The notes beneath the pieces are model-generated. The model was not told the DNA's origin. It saw only the letters and a program-made list of their open reading frames with translations, and searched no databases. From Thermoanaerobaculia bacterium (GTDB taxonomy: Bacteria > Acidobacteriota > Thermoanaerobaculia > UBA5066 > Gp7-AA6): 64,000 nt of DNA. Positions 19,211-27,726 of this stretch are shown in pieces; the first letter of the stretch is position 1; every line of letters begins with the position of its first letter. The position numbers were made by a program, and so were the translations under genes. The stretch spans positions 1,955 to 65,954 of the forward strand of contig JBBROA010000001.1 of assembly GCA_038229875.1 (NCBI GenBank), in the 5' to 3' direction.

Positions 19211-19236
19211 CCCCCTTCCCTTGGAAGGGGAGGGGG
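19211..19236 (+). terminator. GC-rich stem-loop downstream of the SPFH gene
   Basis: cccccttccc-ttggaa-ggggaggggg forms a 10-bp stem with one G:U pair. There is no T-run after it, so terminator function is uncertain. Confidence 0.4.
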
Positions 19237-19338
19237 ATGACTGGGATGAGTCGGGACGCTGTGCTGTTCCTAAAATCGTGCAGTTGGACCGAAAATTCTG
19301 GGCCAAATCGGTCCAACGTCCCCCGCAATCGAGTCTGA

Positions 19339-19356
19339 TGCACATGTGAATGTGCA
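19339..19356. promoter_or_regulatory. Perfect inverted repeat TGCACAT-N4-ATGTGCA upstream of amt-glnK (candidate operator)
   Basis: tgcacatgtgaatgtgca lies 58 nt before the amt ATG. Its half-sites resemble TGCAC-type NtrC boxes. Confidence 0.4.
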
Positions 19357-19413
19357 GCGAAGGCATATTTCTGCTGACAGCCTTCCCGCTCGCTGCTACT
19401 CTGCCGTCACTGC

Positions 19414-20694
19414 ATGAATAGCGCCGATACGGCCTGGATGCTCGTCGCGACGGGTCTCGTTCTGCTGATGACGCCGGCGCTCGCGTTCTTCTACGGCGGG
19501 CTCGTCCGCAGCAAGAACGCTCTGAACACCATGATGATGAGCTTCGCCTCGCTCGGGTTCGTGGGCCTCGCGTGGGCGCTGCTCGGCTACTCGCTCGCGT
19601 TCGACGGCGCGGGGGCGTTCGTCGGCGGCCTCGGCCGCGCGCTCCTGCGTGGTGTCGATCTCGCGCCGCACGGGTCGATCCCCCACGTCCTTTTCTTCTC
19701 TTACCAGGGGACCTTCGCGATCATCACGGCGGCCCTGATCTCGGGAGCGATCGTCGAGCGAATGCGCTTTGCTCCGTACCTCGTCTTCATCACCCTGTGG
19801 AGCCTCATCGTGTACGCGCCGCTCGCGCACTGGATCTGGGGCGGAGGATGGCTCGCGCGGCTCGGCGCGCTCGACTTCGCCGGCGGAACGGTCGTGCACG
19901 TGAACGCAGCGGCCGCGGCCGTCGTCGCCGCCTGGGTGCTCGGCCCGCGAAAGGATTACGCCCGCCAGGCAATCCTGCCGCACAACGTGCCGTTCACGCT
20001 TCTCGGCTCCGGGCTTCTCTGGTTCGGCTGGTTCGGCTTCAATGCGGGAAGCGCGCTCGCGGCGAACCCCTACGCCGCGCTCGCGTTCACGAACACCCTC
20101 TTTGCCCCGATCGCCACGTTGACGGTGTGGACGCTGCTCGACCTGCGGCGGACCGGGAAGGCGACGGCGATCGGCGCCGCGACCGCGATCGTCGTGGGAC
20201 TCGTCGCGATCACGCCGGCGGCGGGCTATGTGGGGCCGCTCGCCGCGATCGGCCTCGGCGGCATCGCGGCCATCCCGAGTTACTACGCCCTCCTCTGGCG
20301 CGCCCGCACCCGCCTCGACGATTCACTGGATGTCCTGGCCGCGCACGGCGTCGGCGGGACGGTCGGCGCGCTCCTGACCGGGGTGCTCGCCCGCAAGGCC
20401 TGGAACGGCACGGTGGACGGCCTCCTGTTCGGCAACCCGCGGCAGCTCGTCGTCCAGATCGCGGCGGTCGCCGTCACGATTGCGTTCTCCGCGGCCATGA
20501 CCTGGGCGATCCTGAAGGCCGTCTCCCTCTGGATGCCGCTTTCGGCGAGCGATCGCGAGCAGGGGCTGGGCCAGGACGTCGCGCAGCACGGCGAAGAGGC
20601 GTACGGCCTCGGCGAGGGGGCGATCCTGGTCCTGCATGAATCGTCAGAGGCTGCCGCTCCCTCGCCGTCGATGGTCCTGAGAGGCGCCTCGTGA
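19414..20694 (+). CDS. amt: Ammonium transporter (Amt family)
   Basis: 426 aa with AFFYGGLVRSKN, DFAGGTVVHVNAA and LDVLAAHGVGG. Confidence 0.95.
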   Translation: MNSADTAWMLVATGLVLLMTPALAFFYGGLVRSKNALNTMMMSFASLGFVGLAWALLGYSLAFDGAGAFVGGLGRALLRGVDLAPHGSIPHVLFFSYQGTFAIITAALISGAIVERMRFAPYLVFITLWSLIVYAPLAHWIWGGGWLARLGALDFAGGTVVHVNAAAAAVVAAWVLGPRKDYARQAILPHNVPFTLLGSGLLWFGWFGFNAGSALAANPYAALAFTNTLFAPIATLTVWTLLDLRRTGKATAIGAATAIVVGLVAITPAAGYVGPLAAIGLGGIAAIPSYYALLWRARTRLDDSLDVLAAHGVGGTVGALLTGVLARKAWNGTVDGLLFGNPRQLVVQIAAVAVTIAFSAAMTWAILKAVSLWMPLSASDREQGLGQDVAQHGEEAYGLGEGAILVLHESSEAAAPSPSMVLRGAS

Positions 20695-21056
20695 AGCTCG
20701 TCGTCGCCGTCGTCCGCCCTGAGAGGTTGAACGACGTGCTCGAGTCCCTCTTCCGCGCGGAGGTGCGCGGGCTGACGCTCCAGCGCGTGCAAGGACACGG
20801 CGGAGAGCTCGAGAGGGTCGAGACGTACCGGGGGACGACGGTCAAGATGGAGCTGTCGGAGAAGGTCCGGCTCGAAATCGGCGTCTCGGACCATTTCGTG
20901 CAGCCCACGATCGACGCGATCCTCCGCGCCGCGCGGACGGGAGAGGTCGGAGACGGGAAGATCTTCGTGCTCCCCGTCGAAAAGGTCTACCGCATCCGAA
21001 CGGGCGAAGAGGACCAGGCCGCCGTCACTCCGGAGCCGGAGCCCGCAGCCCGCTAG
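20691..21056 (+). CDS. glnK: P-II nitrogen regulatory protein (GlnK-type)
   Basis: 121 aa: MKLVVAVVRPERLNDV...GDGKIFVLPVEKVYRIRTGE. The GTG start overlaps the amt stop (GTGA). Confidence 0.9.
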   Translation: MKLVVAVVRPERLNDVLESLFRAEVRGLTLQRVQGHGGELERVETYRGTTVKMELSEKVRLEIGVSDHFVQPTIDAILRAARTGEVGDGKIFVLPVEKVYRIRTGEEDQAAVTPEPEPAAR

Positions 21057-21132
21057 ATTCCCCTCGGACCCTTCGCAAGGGGCGAATGGCGAGACGGACG
21101 CTGAACGCACCTCGAAGTTAAACTCTCGGCTC

Positions 21133-22920
21133 GTGCCGCGACATCGACCGAGGTCCCGTCCGTCTTCCCGCGGCGTTCTCGCCGCTGTCCTCCTCGTCTC
21201 CGTCGCCTGCGCTTCGAGCGGGACTCTCCGGCACTCCGGACCCACGACTGTCGACGAGAAGATCGGGCAGCTCTTTGTCTACGCGTCCACCGCCCGCTTC
21301 ATGAACGAGGCTTCGCCGGAATACCGGGCGCTCGTCCATCAGGTTGCGGACAACCACGTCGGCGGGGTGATGTGGTTTCTCTACTCGGACGTGCTGGAAG
21401 CGGCGTTCTTGAACGCTCGGCTCCAGGCGCTCGCGCGGACACCCCTTCTTCTCGCCGCGGACCTGGAGGCGGGACTCGGGATGCGCTTCCACGACACCAC
21501 CTACTGGCCGTGGCCGATGGCGCTCGGCGCCACGGGCGACCCGGGGCTCGCCGAGCGCGAGGGCCGGGCCATCGCGCGGGAGGCGCGGGAGATCGGCCTG
21601 AACCAGATCTACGCGCCGGTCGCGGACGTCAACGTGAATCCCGACAACCCCGTGATCAACGTCCGCAGCTTCGGCGAGAACCCGGAAGAAGTCGGGCGCT
21701 TCGTCGCCGCCTTCGTCCGAGGCGTCCAGTCGGAAGGTGTGATTGCAACGGCGAAGCATTTCCCGGGGCACGGCGACACCCGATCGGATTCGCATCGGTC
21801 TCTTCCGTCGCTCGAGGCGTCCCCCGAACGGCTGGACGCCGTCGAGCTCGTGCCGTTTCGCGCCGCCATCTCCGCGGGTGTCGGCGCCGTCATGACCGCG
21901 CATCTCTCGGTGCCGAGTCTCGACCCGTCGGTCACGGAGGTGCGGCCCGGCGCTTCCGCCGCCAATCCGTACACGAAGGATCCGGGAGAGGCTTCGCGCC
22001 ACGCGACGGTCCCGGCGAGCCTCTCGGAGTCCGTCACGACGGGACTCCTTCGCGGGAAGCTCGGGTTCTCGGGCCTCGTCGTCACCGACGCGGTCGACAT
22101 GGGCGGCATCACAGATCACTTCGACCCGGGAGAGGCGGCGGTGCGCGCCATTCTTGCCGGCGCGGACCAGGTCCTGAAGTCTCCGGATATCGACGCCGCG
22201 ATCTCGGGGGTCAAGCGCGCGGTCGCGAGCGGGCGGATCCCGCCGGCGAGGCTCGAAGACGCGGTCTCTCACGTCCTCGCCGCGAAGAACCGCATGACGT
22301 TCGGCGGCGCGACGCCGGAGTCGATCTTTCGGACCGTGGATCGCCCGGAGCATCGCGCGCTGGCGCAGGAGATCGCCCGCCGCTCGATCACGCTCGTACG
22401 CGAAGACCTCGGAGCGCTGCCCCTGCGTCGCGACGCCCGCCTCGCACACGTCATCGTCAGCGACCTCCCGCGTTTCGCCGACGAGCTGACCGGGCAGCTG
22501 CGGGCGCGCCTTGCGGCCCAGCCGACGGCTTTTCTGATCGACCCGATGTCGACCGATCGTGACGTCGAAGCGGCGGTGGCGGGAGCGGCCGCGGCGGACC
22601 AGGTCCTGCTGTCCGTCTTCGTGCGATTCCAGACCGGGAAGGGCTCGATCGGAATGCCTCCCGCCGGGGCCGCCGCGGTCTCGAGGGTCCTCGCGGGAAC
22701 GTCCCCCGTCGCGGTCGCGGTCTTCGGAAGCCCGTACGTGCTCCGCGAGATGCCGTCGGCCCGGACCGCGCTCGTGGCGTGGGGAAGCCAGTTCGACGAA
22801 CAGGAGGCCGCGGCGCGCGCTCTCTTCGGAGAGGCGGCGATCGGGGGACGCCTTCCGGTGACGATCCCCGGGATTGCCGCGCGCGGCGCCGGAATCCAGA
22901 AAGGGGAGGCCGCCAAATGA
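21133..22920 (+). CDS. nagZ: Glycoside hydrolase family 3 beta-N-acetylhexosaminidase (NagZ-like), exported
   Basis: KHFPGHGDT, VVTDAVDMGG, and an N-terminal signal VLAAVLLVSVACASSG (lipoprotein-like). Confidence 0.9.
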   Translation: MPRHRPRSRPSSRGVLAAVLLVSVACASSGTLRHSGPTTVDEKIGQLFVYASTARFMNEASPEYRALVHQVADNHVGGVMWFLYSDVLEAAFLNARLQALARTPLLLAADLEAGLGMRFHDTTYWPWPMALGATGDPGLAEREGRAIAREAREIGLNQIYAPVADVNVNPDNPVINVRSFGENPEEVGRFVAAFVRGVQSEGVIATAKHFPGHGDTRSDSHRSLPSLEASPERLDAVELVPFRAAISAGVGAVMTAHLSVPSLDPSVTEVRPGASAANPYTKDPGEASRHATVPASLSESVTTGLLRGKLGFSGLVVTDAVDMGGITDHFDPGEAAVRAILAGADQVLKSPDIDAAISGVKRAVASGRIPPARLEDAVSHVLAAKNRMTFGGATPESIFRTVDRPEHRALAQEIARRSITLVREDLGALPLRRDARLAHVIVSDLPRFADELTGQLRARLAAQPTAFLIDPMSTDRDVEAAVAGAAAADQVLLSVFVRFQTGKGSIGMPPAGAAAVSRVLAGTSPVAVAVFGSPYVLREMPSARTALVAWGSQFDEQEAAARALFGEAAIGGRLPVTIPGIAARGAGIQKGEAAK

Positions 22921-24722
22921 AACTGGCGCCGATCGATTTCGCGATCCTGATCGGGTACTTCGTTCTCATCCTCGGCCTCGGGCTATTTTTCGCGCGCAAG
23001 GCGAAGCGGTCGATGCTCGACTACTTCCTCTCGAACCGCTCGATGCCCTGGTGGCTCGCGGGAACGGCGATGGTCGCGACCACGTTTTCCGCCGACACGC
23101 CTCTCGCGGTGACGGAGATGGTCGCGAAGAACGGCGTCGCCGGGAACTGGCTCTGGTGGTCGATGCTGCCGTCCGGGATGCTCACCGTCTTCTTCTTCGC
23201 GCGGCTCTGGCGCCGCGCGGCGGTGATCACCGACGTCGAGCTCACGGAGCTGCGGTACTCGGGCAAGCCCGCCGCGTTTCTGCGAGGGTTCCGAGCGGCG
23301 TACATGGGGCTTCTCGTCAACATGCTCGTGATGGGTTGGGTGAACCTCGGCATGTCGAAGGTCATCGCGGGCACGCTCGGAATCTCCCGGTGGCCCGCGC
23401 TCTCGGTGTGCCTCCTGCTGACGTTCGCGTACACGGTTGTGTCCGGGTACTGGGGCGTCGCCGCGAACCACGGCGTGCAGTACCTGTTCGAGATGGGCGG
23501 CGCGATCGTGCTCGCGGTCGTCTCGGTGAGCGCGGTCGGGGGGATCGAGGCGTTGAAGTCGCGCGTCGGCGCCGCGCACCCGTCGGGCTCGCCCGCGGGC
23601 ACGACGTTCGGCTCCGCGGACGCGATCCTCTCGATCTGGCCGGCGGGCGGCCACCCGTCGTGGGCACTGCCGGTCATTTCACTCGCCGGTCTTCTGGCGC
23701 TGAACTGGTGGGCGTCGTGGTACCCGGGCGCGGAGCCGGGCGGCGGGGGATACGTCGCCCAGAACATGCTCGCCTGCAAGGACGAGTGGAACAGCCGGTC
23801 GGCGGCCCTCTTCTTCAACATCGCCCATTACGCGCTGCGCAGCTGGCCCTGGGTCGTGACCGCTCTCTGCTCGCTCGCGATCTACGGTGGGTCCGTCCGG
23901 AACGCGGCGGGTGTGGAGGACCCGGGCCTGAATTACGTCCACATGATGGTGGACTTCCTTCCGGTCGGGCTCCGGGGCCTGATGCTCGCGTCGTTCGCGG
24001 CCGCCTACACGTCCACCCAGGCGACGCAGATGAACTGGGGCTCGAGCTACCTGATGAACGATCTCTACCGCCGCTTCATCCGCAAGGACGCGTCCGAGCG
24101 GCACTACGTGCTCGCCTCGCGCGTCGCGACACTGTTCACGCTCGTTCTCTCCGTCGTCGTCACGATCTTCATGGACCAGATCAGCAAGGTCTGGGAGCTG
24201 CTCTTGACCCTCGGCGCCGGCACCGGCCTCGTCTACATCCTGCGCTGGTACTGGTGGCGGGTGAACGCCTGGTCGGAGGTGTCGGCGATGGGGGCCGCGC
24301 TCGTGACCTCGATGGGGCTTCGGCTCGCGGGCGCGCGAGTCCCCGCGCTCGATCCCGCGCGGCCGGAGGGGTTCGCGTTGAACCTGATCCTGACCACAAT
24401 CGTGACCACCGCCGTCTGGCTCACGGTCACTTTCGCCACGAAGCCGGAGCGCCGGGAGACCCTGGAGGCGTTTTATCGGAAGGTGCGTCCTGCGGGCAAC
24501 GGGTGGGAGCCGATCGCCCGGGCGACCGGGATCACGCCGCCCCCCGGTGAGATCGGCCGGAGCTTCGGGTTCTGGCTGCTGGGCATCACGGCGGTGTACT
24601 CGATCATGTTCGCGACCGGCGGCGTGATTTTCCACCTGCCGCGGCAGGCGGCGATCTTCGGAGCGCTTCTGGTGGTCTCCGGGACGCTCCTCATCGTCGG
24701 CATCGCGCGGGAAAAAGCTTGA
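22917..24722 (+). CDS. Sodium:solute symporter (SSS) family permease
   Basis: ATG 22917 overlaps the nagZ stop (ATGA). MKLAPIDFAILIGYFVLILGLGLFFARKAK is a typical SSS N-terminus, with many TM segments after it. The track start at 22779 lies inside nagZ and is rejected. Confidence 0.9.
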   Translation: MKLAPIDFAILIGYFVLILGLGLFFARKAKRSMLDYFLSNRSMPWWLAGTAMVATTFSADTPLAVTEMVAKNGVAGNWLWWSMLPSGMLTVFFFARLWRRAAVITDVELTELRYSGKPAAFLRGFRAAYMGLLVNMLVMGWVNLGMSKVIAGTLGISRWPALSVCLLLTFAYTVVSGYWGVAANHGVQYLFEMGGAIVLAVVSVSAVGGIEALKSRVGAAHPSGSPAGTTFGSADAILSIWPAGGHPSWALPVISLAGLLALNWWASWYPGAEPGGGGYVAQNMLACKDEWNSRSAALFFNIAHYALRSWPWVVTALCSLAIYGGSVRNAAGVEDPGLNYVHMMVDFLPVGLRGLMLASFAAAYTSTQATQMNWGSSYLMNDLYRRFIRKDASERHYVLASRVATLFTLVLSVVVTIFMDQISKVWELLLTLGAGTGLVYILRWYWWRVNAWSEVSAMGAALVTSMGLRLAGARVPALDPARPEGFALNLILTTIVTTAVWLTVTFATKPERRETLEAFYRKVRPAGNGWEPIARATGITPPPGEIGRSFGFWLLGITAVYSIMFATGGVIFHLPRQAAIFGALLVVSGTLLIVGIAREKA

Positions 24723-27037
24723 TCGCGGCCTTCCTCCTGTCGCTGTCGGCCGTCGCGAACGCTGGAACCGTTCCGCCGGCGGGGCGGCTCGCGCTCATAG
24801 ACGCGGCGGTTTCGGAGGCGATCGCGGCGCACGAGCTTCCCGGCGCCGTCGTGCTGGTGGGTCGCGGCGAGCGGGTCGTGTACCGCAAGGCGTTCGGCGA
24901 CCGCGCGGTCGAGCCGGCCGGCGAGCCGATGTCGGCCGACACGGTCTTCGACATCGCGTCGCTGACCAAGTGCGTGGCGACCGCGCCCTCGATCCTGATC
25001 CTTGTCGAGGAGGGGAAGATCCGGCTGGGCGATCCGGTCGCCCGCTACATCCCGGAGTTTGCCGCCGGCGGCGGAGAGCGCTCGAAGGTGACCGTCGAGC
25101 AGCTCCTCACGCATCGCGCGGGCTTCGCCCCGGACGACCCGATCGAGCTTTACTCCGGAACCCCCGAAGAGATCTTCGCGCGCAAGTACCGGGAGCCGCT
25201 GCGGTCGCGCCCGGGCTCGGAATTCGTCTATTCGGACGTCGGCTACGAGGTCCTGGGCGAGATCGTCCGGAGAGTGTCGGGGAAGTCCCTCGACGTCTTC
25301 GCCGCCGAGCGCATTTTTCGGCCGCTGGGCATGAAAGAGACGGAGTTCCGGCCCCTCGGCAAAGGCGGGATCCCCTCCTCGCGGATCGCCCCGACCGAGC
25401 AGAGGGAAGGGCGCGCGATGCGCGGCGAAGTCCACGACCCCCGCGCGTACGCCGTGGGCGGTGTCGCCGGCCACGCCGGGGTCTTCTCGACGGCCGACGA
25501 CCTCGCGAAGTTCTGCCGGATGATCCTGGGCGGCGGTGTTTTCGGCGGCGCGCGGATCCTTTCGCCGCTCGGCGTCGAGGCGCTCACGCGGCCGCGCTTC
25601 TACGAGGACGGCGACATCCGCGCCCTCGGCTTCGACGTCGAGACCGGGTTCTCGAACAACCGCGGAGATCTCTTTCCCCGCGGCTCTTTCGGGCACACGG
25701 GCTTCACCGGGACGGGACTCTGGATGGACCCGGCGTCCCGGACCTTCGTCGTGTTTCTTTCCAACCGCGTGCACCCGGACGGCAAGGGCAACGTGGTCCG
25801 GATCCGCGGGATCGTCGCCAACGTCGTGGCCGCCGCGATTCCGGGCGACGTTCGGTCTGCAGCGCGCCGGCTCGCCGCGGGGGTTCCCGGGCCGGCCCGC
25901 CGTGTCATGGCCGGCATCGACGTCCTCGAGGACGAGGGGTTTCGGGCGATCGCCGGCAGGCGTGTCGGGCTCGTGACGAACGCGACCGGGATCGCCCGGG
26001 ACGGCAGGTCCACCGTCGACGTCCTCGCGTCGAAGCGCGCGCGGGACGCCGGGGTGACGCTCGTGAGGCTCTTCTCGCCGGAGCACGGGCTCCGGACCGA
26101 CGCCGACGCGCCGGTCGCGGATGGAAAGGACCCGGTGACCGGGCTGCCGGTCGTGTCCCTCTACGGAGACCGCCGCCGCCCTCAGCCGGCGGAGCTCGCG
26201 GATTTAGACGCGCTCGTCCTCGACATCCAGGACGTCGGGGCCCGTTTCTATACCTACACGACCACCGGCGGCTATTTGTTGGAGGAGGCTTCGAAAGCGA
26301 AGATCCCGTTGATCGTCCTCGATCGTCCGGACCCGATCGGCGGGACCGTCGTCGAGGGCCCCATGGCCGACCGGGACAAGCTCTCTTTCACCGCGTACGC
26401 TCCAATCCCGATCCGCTACGGGATGACGCCCGGAGAGCTCCTCGGGCTCTTCAACTCCGAGAACCGGATCGGCGCGCGGCTCGAAGTCGTCCGGATGCGC
26501 GGCTGGAACCGCGCGCTCTGGTATGACGAGACCGGCCTCGAGTGGATCAATCCCTCACCGAACATGCGGTCGCTGACGGAAGCGGCGCTCTATCCCGGCG
26601 TCGGGCTCCTCGAGCCGACGAACGTCTCCGTCGGACGCGGCACCGACACCCCGTTCGAAGTGGTGGGCGCTCCCTGGATCGACGGCCACCGGCTCGCGGC
26701 GTATCTGGCGGCGCGGCAAATTCCGGGCGTGCGCTTCACGCCCGTTCACTTCACCCCGGCCGTGTCGGTTCACCAGGGGAAGCTGTGCGCCGGGATCCGG
26801 ATCGACGTCGTGGACCGGGAGGCGCTGCGGTCGGTGACCCTCGGGATCGAGCTCATTTCCGCCCTGCGCGTTCTTTTTCCCGGCGACTGGGACCGGTCGA
26901 AGCTTCCAGCGCTGCTCGCCAACGCGGCGACGCTCGAGCGAATCGAAGCCGGCGACCCGCCCGAAAGGATCCTGTCTTCGTGGGAAAGCGACCTCGCCCG
27001 GTTCGGCCGGGTCCGCGCCCGGCATCTGCTCTACTGA
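24719..27037 (+). CDS. Fusion protein: serine beta-lactamase-fold hydrolase (AmiE/YbbE-like) + DUF1343/NamZ exo-beta-N-acetylmuramidase domain, exported
   Basis: TTG start overlaps the SSS stop (TTGA). Signal peptide MIAAFLLSLSAVANAG. The N-terminal half has the SxxK motif FDIASLTKCVAT and HTGFTGT. The C-terminal half has RVGLVTNATGI...LFSPEHG...LDIQDVGARFYTY...WINPSPNM, which is DUF1343. Confidence 0.88.
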   Translation: MIAAFLLSLSAVANAGTVPPAGRLALIDAAVSEAIAAHELPGAVVLVGRGERVVYRKAFGDRAVEPAGEPMSADTVFDIASLTKCVATAPSILILVEEGKIRLGDPVARYIPEFAAGGGERSKVTVEQLLTHRAGFAPDDPIELYSGTPEEIFARKYREPLRSRPGSEFVYSDVGYEVLGEIVRRVSGKSLDVFAAERIFRPLGMKETEFRPLGKGGIPSSRIAPTEQREGRAMRGEVHDPRAYAVGGVAGHAGVFSTADDLAKFCRMILGGGVFGGARILSPLGVEALTRPRFYEDGDIRALGFDVETGFSNNRGDLFPRGSFGHTGFTGTGLWMDPASRTFVVFLSNRVHPDGKGNVVRIRGIVANVVAAAIPGDVRSAARRLAAGVPGPARRVMAGIDVLEDEGFRAIAGRRVGLVTNATGIARDGRSTVDVLASKRARDAGVTLVRLFSPEHGLRTDADAPVADGKDPVTGLPVVSLYGDRRRPQPAELADLDALVLDIQDVGARFYTYTTTGGYLLEEASKAKIPLIVLDRPDPIGGTVVEGPMADRDKLSFTAYAPIPIRYGMTPGELLGLFNSENRIGARLEVVRMRGWNRALWYDETGLEWINPSPNMRSLTEAALYPGVGLLEPTNVSVGRGTDTPFEVVGAPWIDGHRLAAYLAARQIPGVRFTPVHFTPAVSVHQGKLCAGIRIDVVDREALRSVTLGIELISALRVLFPGDWDRSKLPALLANAATLERIEAGDPPERILSSWESDLARFGRVRARHLLY

Positions 27038-27093
27038 CTTCCGCGGTCAGGACGCGGCAGCTTTTGCGACATGCCTCTGGCGACGAATCAGGA

Positions 27094-27136
27094 GCCGAGC
27101 GACCACCGGGAGCGAGACGGCCGCGGTGCTCCGCGG
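27094..27136. repeat. 43-nt intergenic repeat, copy B
   Basis: gccgagcgaccaccgggagcgagacggccgcggtgctccgcgg is 40/43 identical to 14449-14491, in the same orientation. Confidence 0.8.
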
Positions 27137-27218
27137 ACCACTGGTCCTGCCGCCCCTGAGACGGAAAATGGGATCAAACAAAGGGAAGCTTCTTCGCTCA
27201 ACTCCTGACCCCTAACCG

Positions 27219-27611
27219 CTAGCCGCCCTCTACGATCGCTTCCGCCTCGATCTCCACGAGCATCTCGGGCGAGATGAGACGCGACACTTCCAGCATCGCG
27301 GTGGCGGGCCGGATTTCTCCAAAGAATTCCCCGTGCGCGCGGCCGATCTCCTCCCATGCGGATATGTCGGTGACGAACATGCGGGTACGGACGACGTCCG
27401 CGAGGCGCGCGCCGCAGCTTTCGAGCGCGGACTGGATGTTCCGGAGCGCCTGGACGGCCTGGGCATACGGGTCGCCGATGCCGACGATTGTCCCGTCCGG
27501 GGCCGTAGCCGTCGTCCCCGAGACGTGGACGACGCTGCCGACTCGCACGGCGCGTGAGTAGCCGACGCGGGGCTCCCACGGGGTGCCGGAGGAGACGTTG
27601 CGGCGGCTCAC
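27219..27611 (-). CDS. RidA/YjgF/TdcF-family reactive-intermediate deaminase-like protein
   Basis: 130 aa: [13 protein letters not shown]...[34 protein letters not shown]...VEIEAEA. Confidence 0.85.
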   Translation of the reverse strand: MSRRNVSSGTPWEPRVGYSRAVRVGSVVHVSGTTATAPDGTIVGIGDPYAQAVQALRNIQSALESCGARLADVVRTRMFVTDISAWEEIGRAHGEFFGEIRPATAMLEVSRLISPEMLVEIEAEAIVEGG

Positions 27612-27726
27612 GGGGCTGATCCTACGCCGTGCGCCGGGTTGTTCGAAACTTGTTTGTGTTCAGGAGCGCGGTGAGCCGGACGAGCGCAAGGAGCAGGAGG
27701 GCCATCGCCGGAGATCCGGCCGATCT

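Noticed and set aside
19362-19375. Sigma-54-like element GGCAT-ATTT-CTGCT upstream of amt.
   Set aside because: The spacing between the GG and GC dinucleotides is 9 nt instead of the invariant 10. It is also only ~6 nt from the inverted repeat, unlike enhancer-promoter geometry.
14449-27136. The two 43-nt direct repeats as att-like boundaries of a 12.7-kb island.
   Set aside because: There is no integrase, transposase, tRNA or compositional shift. The enclosed genes (TonB receptor, amt-glnK, nagZ operon) are ordinary housekeeping or metabolic genes. A REP-like element is more likely.
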